Below are positions 50,687-58,116 of a stretch of 64,000 bases of DNA, in pieces. The notes below the pieces were generated by a model. That model saw only the letters and a program-made list of their open reading frames with translations, did no database searches and was not told the origin of the DNA. Position 1 is the first letter of the stretch. Each line of letters begins with the position of its first letter. The stretch is from NCBI GenBank assembly GCA_944321725.1, contig CALUMI010000008.1, positions 641 to 64,640 of the forward strand. Direction: 5' to 3'. The DNA comes from an uncultured Muribaculaceae bacterium. Lineage in GTDB: Bacteria; Bacteroidota; Bacteroidia; Bacteroidales; Muribaculaceae. A program made the translations under genes and the position numbers.

Positions 50687-51733
50687 ATGAAAGCTAATTA
50701 TTGCCGGTATGTGCTGAAATTCAAGCAACCGGCAGGCACATCGCGCGGTGTGCTTCACGAAAAGGAAACCTATTTCTTGCGTTTGGAGGATGAGAGTGCG
50801 CCCGGCGTGTACGGTATCGGCGAGTGTGCCGTGTTTCGCGGACTTTCGGCCGACGACGTGCCGGAATATGAGGACAAACTTAAGGAGCTTTGCGCGAACA
50901 TCGGGCGTGGTGAGGCTACTGATTTACAAAGTTATCCTTCTATTCAATTCGGCTTGGAAACAGCCATATATGATATCGCAAACGGTGGACGCAGACAGCC
51001 TTTTCCTTCGGCTTTCACAGAAGGCATGGTGGGAATACCTATCAACGGACTTGTGTGGATGGGCAGTAAGGAAGAGATGCTGTCGCGGATAAAAGAGAAG
51101 ATAGAGGCGGGATTTACGACTATAAAGCTAAAGGTAGGTGCAATCAACTTTGAGAGCGAGTTGGAAATGGTGAAATTCATTCGTTCCTGTTATTCCGCCG
51201 ACACGCTGACAATACGTCTTGATGCCAATGGCGGTTTTACGCCTGCCGACGCGCCGCAACGGCTTTCGGAATTTGCCAAATACGGCATTCATTCCATTGA
51301 GCAGCCCATAAAGGCCGGGCAATGGGAGGAGATGCGCCGTTTGTGTGCCGGCTCGCCGATCGACATTGCATTGGATGAGGAGCTTATAGGAATATTCACT
51401 CCTGAGAAAATGGGTGAGATGCTCGATGCGGTGCGCCCCAAGTATATAATACTGAAGCCGGCGTTGGTGGGAGGATTCTCCGGCTCGCAGATGTGGATGC
51501 AACAGGCTGCCGTGCGCGGTATCGGCGGATGGATTACGTCGGCTTTGGAGTCGAATGTTGGGCTGAACGCCATAGCGCAGTGGACGGCTCGTATGGGTGC
51601 CGACATGCCGCAAGGATTGGGTACAGGAGCGTTGTATGTCAACAATATCGGCTCGCCGCTTTCCGTTGTTGGCGATTCACTCCGCTACGACCCGTCTGCC
51701 GCATGGAGCTTCCCCGCCCTCGAATGGCAATGA
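50687..51733 (+). CDS. menC: o-succinylbenzoate synthase (enolase superfamily)
   Basis: TIKLKVG, IRLDANGGF, IEQP and ALDEEL metal-ligand blocks. Confidence 0.85.
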   Translation: MKANYCRYVLKFKQPAGTSRGVLHEKETYFLRLEDESAPGVYGIGECAVFRGLSADDVPEYEDKLKELCANIGRGEATDLQSYPSIQFGLETAIYDIANGGRRQPFPSAFTEGMVGIPINGLVWMGSKEEMLSRIKEKIEAGFTTIKLKVGAINFESELEMVKFIRSCYSADTLTIRLDANGGFTPADAPQRLSEFAKYGIHSIEQPIKAGQWEEMRRLCAGSPIDIALDEELIGIFTPEKMGEMLDAVRPKYIILKPALVGGFSGSQMWMQQAAVRGIGGWITSALESNVGLNAIAQWTARMGADMPQGLGTGALYVNNIGSPLSVVGDSLRYDPSAAWSFPALEWQ

Positions 51734-52103
51734 TGCTACGACTTTCGAATTCTGTGGATGCTTGTATGTGTGTGGTTTGCGATACGTATCAACAGCTCCG
51801 ACGAGGCTGACATCACGGCATGTCATCCTCTGTTTGCGGAGCCTGCGGCGGAGCAAATAGGGGAGGTGGGTCGAAGACCCGGAGGGGTTTGGTATCACAG
51901 ATGAGGCAGGTTACGGGTTTAATTTGGTTATAAGTTTATATGGTTAGGGGCTTATAGTCAGCCGCGCAGTAGTGGCACTCCAGAGATCTTGCGGTAAGCG
52001 AAGCGCAGAGAGTTTTGAAAATTTTTCATTGGGGATTTCGCTATATCGTGGAAATTAGCTATTTTTGAAAATGACATAAGTTCGATATAAGAGTTGACAG
52101 GAC

Positions 52104-52117
52104 ATTGACATGTCAAT
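52104..52117. promoter_or_regulatory. perfect 14-bp palindrome ATTGACATGTCAAT (candidate operator)
   Basis: Self-complementary sequence, preceded by another TTGACA at 52094-52099. Confidence 0.3.
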
Positions 52118-52499
52118 ATATTGTTATATGTAGAGTCTGTTGGCAGGCAACCTGCGGCTAAAGCCGTCGGTTATCGGAACAAAGAGGTTGTGTCAAAGCT
52201 AAAATGGCAACTTTGAAAAATTATAAATTGTAAGTGTGTTATTGGACTTAGCCCTATGAAAACGGGAACAGATTTTCAGAATAAGAGAGCCTCGTGGAGG
52301 CTCCGGGTCGGTAACCCCATGCAAGCGTAGCTATGCGGAGCGCAGCTTGTGGTAGGTGACGGTTATGGAGGCCGATGATTTTGTATGCCTGTTTTCCACG
52401 GATAAGGCCGTGGGTTACGCTACAACAACCCACGGGGTTGGCATCGCCGGCAAATAATAGAGTTTAGATACACTCTCTACTGCCTGTCAAGCTGTTATG

Positions 52500-52510
52500 T
52501 TGACGGTCAA
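52500..52510. promoter_or_regulatory. palindrome TTGAC-G-GTCAA, 47 nt upstream of the CHAT gene start (candidate operator)
   Basis: It has the same TTGAC/GTCAA half-sites as 52104-52117. An extra GTCAA lies at 52486-52490. Confidence 0.25.
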
Positions 52511-52557
52511 TTTGCAAATAAACTTAATTAGATAATTACGTTTTAAATCAATTTATT

Positions 52558-55500
52558 ATGAGGCGCATTATTTTCGGTATGATATTGGTAGGGATTGCGG
52601 TTTCCGCTGTGGCGCAGATGCTTACGCAGCCGTCGGCGGAGTCGGACGCGCTGTTTGCCGCCGGTGTTGATTTGTACAACAAGGGGAAATACCGCGAGGC
52701 GATACCGCTATTCGCAAAATCCGACAGCCTCGACAATGCGCAAATCGACCCAACAAGCAATCGCCGTGACTATTCCTCAATGTGGCTTGCATCGTGTTTT
52801 TACAAATTGGGCGACACTGCCACTGCCGCAGGTATTGATGCCAACTACCGTTTCGCTCCTGTCGACCGCCGCCTTACGGCCAAGTCCGACTCATTGTCGC
52901 AAATCGGAATGGAATATTTCAATCAAGGCGACTACGCAAAAGCCCTCGAATACCTCACTCAATGTGCCGAAATAGAAAAATCGGTATTGGGCGAAAACCA
53001 TATCTTTTATGGAAATTCAATATCATGGATTACCGATTGCTATTTCCAATTGGGTGACTCTGCAAATTTTTTGAAATATCAGAAACTCAAAGTTGATGTG
53101 CTTCGCTACACTGATGGTAAATGTTCAGAAAAATATATTGCAGCTATAACTGACTTAGGCATTCTATATAGCCAAATGTCATTATATAAAGATGCTTTAA
53201 TCAGTTTGCTTGAGGCATACGATTTGTCGGAAAAGTTGGACAAGGATAGGACATATTTGTCTTTTTACATAGCGTGTGACTATACTTCTATAGCCAAGAG
53301 TGGTTCAAGTGGCGATCCTTTGGACTGTCTGATGAAATCCCGTTCTTACTTGGAAGAAACTTTTAAAAGCGCAAATTCCACAGATTCCATAATCAACTCG
53401 TTAGCGCAGTCATTGTATGTTGATGTCGAGCAACTGATAGCTTCGTCACTTTTAAAAAAAGCGGATGATTTAGGCAATGACGGTAATTATAAAGAAGCAT
53501 TGAATTTAAGTGCGGAGGCTTTGTCCATTTGTGAAAAAGTGTTGGGTAAAGAAAACGTTGGATATGTCACATCATTAGGCTATTTGGCAAAATATAACCA
53601 TTTATTGGGGTATAATACAGAAGCCGTGCGTTTAGGCACGGAGGCTTTAGGCATAGCCGGGACAGTATTGGGAAAGGACAGTCCCGGTTACGCATTAATT
53701 CTTAATGATTTGTCGTTTTATCACCATGCTTTAGGCAATGATGATGAAGCTATACCTCTCATTAAGGAGGCATTAGTCATTCGAGAAAAAGTATATGGGA
53801 AAGAACATACCTCATATTGTACGGCCTTGAGTAATTTGGCATCATATTATGCTTCGTCTGAAAATTATTCGGAAGCAATCCGTATAGGAACAGAAGCTGT
53901 GGGGCTATGTGAAAAGTCATTTGGAAAAGAAAGTCCGGTTTATGCGACATTACTTAACGATTTGTCGACATGGTATAAATCATCAGGAGATTATGATAAT
54001 GCAATACGACTTGTTTCTGAGGCTTTGGATATTCGGGAACGGATATTTGGGAAAGAGTCGCCTGCTTATTCTGCATCGTTATATAATTTAGCATCATATT
54101 ATAATTTGTCAGGTAATTATAAGGAAGCTGTTCGATTAGGTGCGGAAATGTTGAGTTTAGATGAAAAATTATATGGCAATAGAACTCTTAGTTATGCAGC
54201 TTCTTTAAATAATTTGGCTTTATATAATGCCAATCTTAGGAATTATTCGGAGGCGATACGTTTGGTGTCAGAATCTTTAAATATTCAGAAAGATTTGGTA
54301 GGTAAAGAACATCCTGATTATGCCATTTCTTTGGCAAACTTGGCATCTTATAATTCGTATCTTGGTAATTATACAGAAGCAAAACATTTAGTTTCTGAGG
54401 CCTTGACTGTGTTTGAAAAAGTCTACGGTAAAGAATCTTCTGAGTATTCAACATTTTTGATTAGTTTGTCATCGTATGAATTTTCATTAGGAAATTATTC
54501 AGAAGCAATGCGGTTAACGTATGAGGCTTTAGCTCTTCAGGAAAAATTATTTGGAAAAGAATCTCCTGCATACGCAACTGCATTGGCAAACTTGGCTTCT
54601 AGAAATTTCCAACTTGGAAATTATTTAGAGGCCTTTCGTATTGATTTGCAGGTGATAGATATACGAGAAAAGATGTTAGGTAAAAATCATCCATATTATG
54701 CATTATCATTGTACAGATTGGCGCAAGATTATTTTGTTATGGGCAATTATAACAACGCTTTGCATTTAGTAAAAAATGCTTTGAAAATTGACGAAATGGC
54801 AAATGGAAGGGATCATCCTGATTCAGACTATTTGAATCTTTTAGCAGCATGTTATGCATATTCGGGGAATTATGAGGAAGCGATACGTGTTGGAAAAGAA
54901 GCATTAGATATTGAAGAACAAATAGTTGGCAAAGGACATGTTAACACGTCTACATATTTAAATAATTTAGCATTTTACAACTCCTTAGTGGGGAATTATT
55001 CTGAGGCTGTACAACTTGGGACTGAAGCATTGAAAATAAGAGAGAAAGCGTATGGAAAAAAGTCCATTGATTACGCGACTTCTTTAAACAATCTTGGGAA
55101 ATATAATTACTATTTAAGGAACTATTCTGAGGCAATACGTTTGGGAAGTGAAGCATTGATTCTCACAGCAAATTCGGTTGGTAAAAATCATCCTTATACC
55201 GCTAAGGCATTGGAAAACTTGGCCACATATAATTGGAAGATTGGCTATGCTGACGCTACGAAGTATTGCGTTGAGGCAACAGAAGTGTTGAAAGGGATTG
55301 TGCGGCGGACTTTTGCAGATTTGACAGCGAAGGAGAGAAATTTGTTTTGGGAACAATATAAGGCATGGTTTGAGGGGACAATCCATTCGATTGCCTACGA
55401 TATGCCGTCGGACTCGTTGACGGAGAACGGCTACAACGGCGCGCTGATGGCGAAAGGGCTGTTGCTCAACAGCGAAATGGAGCTAAGCACGCTGCTCAAA

Positions 55501-56997
55501 GAAAGCGGTGATGAGGAGGTTGCGAATATCTACAGCAATCTGAAAAATTTGCGTCTGCAAATCAACAAACTGTATGAGATGTCCATAGAGAATCGTCCGC
55601 TCGATGTTGACTCGCTTGAGCGGGTGGCGCAAGGCTTGGAGCGACAGCTGGTGCAACGCTCGAAAGCATACGGCGACTATACCGCCAATCTCGTCATCGA
55701 TTGGAAGCAGGTGAGGCAGCGGCTTGGCGACGGCGAAATGGCCGTTGAGTTCGTGTCGTTTCCGCTGCGTGGTGACAGCGTGATGTATGCCGCCTACTGT
55801 CTGCGTGGCGATATGGCCTCGCCGAAGATGGTGCCGCTGTTCGAGGAGCGGCAACTGACGGACATGGACAAGAATTTCTACCTGTCGTCACCGATGCTCT
55901 ACGACCTTGTATGGAAACCGTTGGAGGGGGAGATGGAGGGTGTGAGCACTGTATATTTCTCACCTTCGGGAGAGCTCTACAACATCCCGATAGAAAACCT
56001 TCCGGCCAACGACAGTATCTACAACTCCGACATCCGCGACTACCGGCGGCTGTCGTCGACCCGGCAGCTGGCTTTGCGCAGGGACGCCGTAGATGTGCGG
56101 CAGGCGGCAGTGTACGGCGGACTGAGGTATGACGCCGATACCACAGTGATAGTCAACAACAGCCGCAAGTACCGCGCGGAGGAGACCGGCCTGTGGAAGG
56201 AGGAAAGCCGCGCCGTTGCCGACAGCCTCAACCTGCGCGACGGCGTGAAATATCTGCCCGGCACAAAAACGGAGGCTGAGGACATCGACATGGCTTTGGT
56301 GACGGCAAGGATAAACACAGAGCTGTACACCGACACAACAGGCACGGAGGCGTCGTTCAAAGCCCTGTCGGGCAAGGGGGTCAACGCCATGCACATAGCC
56401 ACGCACGGCTTCTATTGGACGGAGCGCGAAGCGGCGCGGCTCGACAACCTCGTTTTTCTCGGCGACGACATGCCGGCGGCCGTGGCTGAGGACAAGGCTC
56501 TGACACGCTCCGGGCTGCTGTTCTCCGGAGCAAACACGGCGTTGCGAGGACTGCCGCTGCCCGACGGCGTGGACGACGGCATTCTGACGGCCAAAGAAAT
56601 ATCGGCGTTGGACTTGCGCGGCCTCGACTTGGTGGCGTTGTCGGCCTGCCAGACCGGACTTGGCGAGATTTCGGGCGACGGGGTGTTCGGGCTGCAGCGC
56701 GGCTTCAAGAAAGCCGGAGCCAACACGCTGCTGATGAGCCTGTGGAAGGTGGACGACAACGCCACTCGGCTGCTGATGACGCGGTTCTACGGCAACCTGC
56801 TTTCCGGAATGGACAAATACGGAGCTTTGCATGAGGCGCAGCGATATTTGCGGGAATTGGATGTGGAGAGAAGAATAGAGTACACCCCAGCCCAACAGAA
56901 ATATGACGACAAGCCCGCCTTCGAGATTGTCCGCGAGAAAAAATACGCCAATCCCTACTATTGGGCGGCATTCGTGCTGCTCGACGGCGTGAATTGA
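52558..56997 (+). CDS. secreted TPR-repeat CHAT-domain (caspase-like) protein
   Basis: 1479 aa. Signal peptide MRRIIFGMILVGIAVSAVA-Q. 14 kinesin-light-chain-type 42-aa TPR units. The C-terminal CHAT domain has MHIATHGF (His1283, codon 56404-56406) and LSACQTGLGE (Cys1364, codon 56647-56649). Confidence 0.85.
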   Translation: MRRIIFGMILVGIAVSAVAQMLTQPSAESDALFAAGVDLYNKGKYREAIPLFAKSDSLDNAQIDPTSNRRDYSSMWLASCFYKLGDTATAAGIDANYRFAPVDRRLTAKSDSLSQIGMEYFNQGDYAKALEYLTQCAEIEKSVLGENHIFYGNSISWITDCYFQLGDSANFLKYQKLKVDVLRYTDGKCSEKYIAAITDLGILYSQMSLYKDALISLLEAYDLSEKLDKDRTYLSFYIACDYTSIAKSGSSGDPLDCLMKSRSYLEETFKSANSTDSIINSLAQSLYVDVEQLIASSLLKKADDLGNDGNYKEALNLSAEALSICEKVLGKENVGYVTSLGYLAKYNHLLGYNTEAVRLGTEALGIAGTVLGKDSPGYALILNDLSFYHHALGNDDEAIPLIKEALVIREKVYGKEHTSYCTALSNLASYYASSENYSEAIRIGTEAVGLCEKSFGKESPVYATLLNDLSTWYKSSGDYDNAIRLVSEALDIRERIFGKESPAYSASLYNLASYYNLSGNYKEAVRLGAEMLSLDEKLYGNRTLSYAASLNNLALYNANLRNYSEAIRLVSESLNIQKDLVGKEHPDYAISLANLASYNSYLGNYTEAKHLVSEALTVFEKVYGKESSEYSTFLISLSSYEFSLGNYSEAMRLTYEALALQEKLFGKESPAYATALANLASRNFQLGNYLEAFRIDLQVIDIREKMLGKNHPYYALSLYRLAQDYFVMGNYNNALHLVKNALKIDEMANGRDHPDSDYLNLLAACYAYSGNYEEAIRVGKEALDIEEQIVGKGHVNTSTYLNNLAFYNSLVGNYSEAVQLGTEALKIREKAYGKKSIDYATSLNNLGKYNYYLRNYSEAIRLGSEALILTANSVGKNHPYTAKALENLATYNWKIGYADATKYCVEATEVLKGIVRRTFADLTAKERNLFWEQYKAWFEGTIHSIAYDMPSDSLTENGYNGALMAKGLLLNSEMELSTLLKESGDEEVANIYSNLKNLRLQINKLYEMSIENRPLDVDSLERVAQGLERQLVQRSKAYGDYTANLVIDWKQVRQRLGDGEMAVEFVSFPLRGDSVMYAAYCLRGDMASPKMVPLFEERQLTDMDKNFYLSSPMLYDLVWKPLEGEMEGVSTVYFSPSGELYNIPIENLPANDSIYNSDIRDYRRLSSTRQLALRRDAVDVRQAAVYGGLRYDADTTVIVNNSRKYRAEETGLWKEESRAVADSLNLRDGVKYLPGTKTEAEDIDMALVTARINTELYTDTTGTEASFKALSGKGVNAMHIATHGFYWTEREAARLDNLVFLGDDMPAAVAEDKALTRSGLLFSGANTALRGLPLPDGVDDGILTAKEISALDLRGLDLVALSACQTGLGEISGDGVFGLQRGFKKAGANTLLMSLWKVDDNATRLLMTRFYGNLLSGMDKYGALHEAQRYLRELDVERRIEYTPAQQKYDDKPAFEIVREKKYANPYYWAAFVLLDGVN
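53470..55260 (+). repeat. 14 diverged tandem repeats of about 126 nt (42-aa TPR units) inside the CHAT ORF
   Basis: Recurring ...NYSEAIRLG.EAL.I.EK..GKE.P.YA..LNNLA.Y... units. The copies are diverged at the DNA level, not identical. Confidence 0.8.
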
Positions 56998-57004
56998 CAA
57001 AGGA

Positions 57005-58024
57005 ATGGAACTGAGGATAAACAATAGGATATGCAGGAATGCGGAGGAGGCAAAAGGAGTGGCATCATCCGCATTTTGCGGTTTTCTTGAGAGTTGGTTT
57101 GATGCCGGTGATTTTGTGATAGGGCATACTTCCGGCTCTACGGGCAAGCCGAAAGAGATACATTTGCTGAAAAGCGACATGCTGCAGTCGGCACGGGCAA
57201 CCAACAATTTTTTCGGTCTTGACGGCGGCAGCCGTTTGCTGCTTTGCTTGTCGCCTGATTATATAGCCGGCAAGATGATGATTGTCCGGGCAATAGAGGC
57301 GGGCGCGGAGATTGTGGAAGAGCGGCCTTCCAACCGTCCGCTTGAAGGATACTCCGGACAGCCTTTCGACTTTGTCGCCGTAGTGCCGTCGCAAGCCCGT
57401 TATTTGGTTGGGCATAGCGACAGATTGCAATATGTGAGGACAATGATTGTCGGAGGCGGAGCTGTGACTGACAGCTTGAGATTGGCGCTTGCCGACAGTG
57501 GAGTCGACGCTTATTCCACGTATGGAATGACCGAAACCTGCTCGCATGTGGCTCTTGCTAAAATCGACAAGGAATTGCGCCCGTTCAGGTCTTTGCCGTC
57601 ATTCTCTTTTTCAACGGATGAGAGGGGATGCCTCGTAATCGACGCTCCGCAAATGTCGTTCCGCCGCATTGTCACCAACGACATTGTGGAACTCCTTGAT
57701 TCCACGTCTTTCTATTGGAAAGGAAGATATGACAATGTGATAAACACAGGCGGCATAAAGGTGTTTCCGGAAGAGATAGAACAAAAAATCGCGCCGCTGT
57801 TGGATTGCAGGTTTTATATCGCTTCGCGGCGGTCGGAGAAATGGGGAGAAGAAATCATATTGGTGATTGAGAAGGGCGGAATTTCCCAAGAGGAGAAATA
57901 TTCGCTTTTGGCGCGGCTGAAAAATATTCTTCCGGCCTATAGCGTGCCTAAGGATATAATTGCCGTGCCATTGCTCAAGATGACTACCTCCGGCAAGATA
58001 ATACGGGAGCGTCTTGTTAAATAA
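57005..58024 (+). CDS. menE: o-succinylbenzoate-CoA ligase (short AMP-binding enzyme)
   Basis: AMP-binding motifs GHTSGSTGKPK, YGMTET and GGIKVFPEEIE. It lies in men-gene context. Confidence 0.8.
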   Translation: MELRINNRICRNAEEAKGVASSAFCGFLESWFDAGDFVIGHTSGSTGKPKEIHLLKSDMLQSARATNNFFGLDGGSRLLLCLSPDYIAGKMMIVRAIEAGAEIVEERPSNRPLEGYSGQPFDFVAVVPSQARYLVGHSDRLQYVRTMIVGGGAVTDSLRLALADSGVDAYSTYGMTETCSHVALAKIDKELRPFRSLPSFSFSTDERGCLVIDAPQMSFRRIVTNDIVELLDSTSFYWKGRYDNVINTGGIKVFPEEIEQKIAPLLDCRFYIASRRSEKWGEEIILVIEKGGISQEEKYSLLARLKNILPAYSVPKDIIAVPLLKMTTSGKIIRERLVK

Positions 58025-58116
58025 TGTTATTGTTTGGACTGATTCCAAAGAAAGCAGCCCATATATTTTCATAAACGGAGGCATATTGTTTCCTTTGCAC
58101 TTGAAAAGATTAGTGT

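Noticed and set aside
51731-51810. Short frame MMLRLSNSVD... overlapping the menC stop, resembling the menE N-terminus MELRINNRIC (possible duplicated menE 5' end or target-site duplication)
   Set aside because: The DNA identity I counted is only about 11 of 30 nt over the first ten codons, near random expectation. The shared GAATGG.A.TGA 12-mer (10/12) is too short to be significant.
53470-55260. Regular 126-nt periodicity that could be mistaken for a CRISPR or other non-coding repeat array
   Set aside because: The periodicity lies inside a continuous ORF and encodes TPR units. The copies are diverged and there is no repeat/spacer structure.
52558-56997. TPR-CHAT as a type III-E CRISPR (Craspase-like) or other cytoplasmic defence effector
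   Set aside because: There is no CRISPR array, cas/gRAMP gene or other defence gene anywhere in the window, and the protein has a Sec signal peptide.
55960-57207. 415-aa ORF on the minus strand spanning the CHAT/menE junction
   Set aside because: It lies antisense to two well-supported genes in the most GC-rich part of the window. Its product is Arg/Pro/Gln/Val-rich and low in complexity. It is a typical shadow ORF of GC-rich coding DNA.
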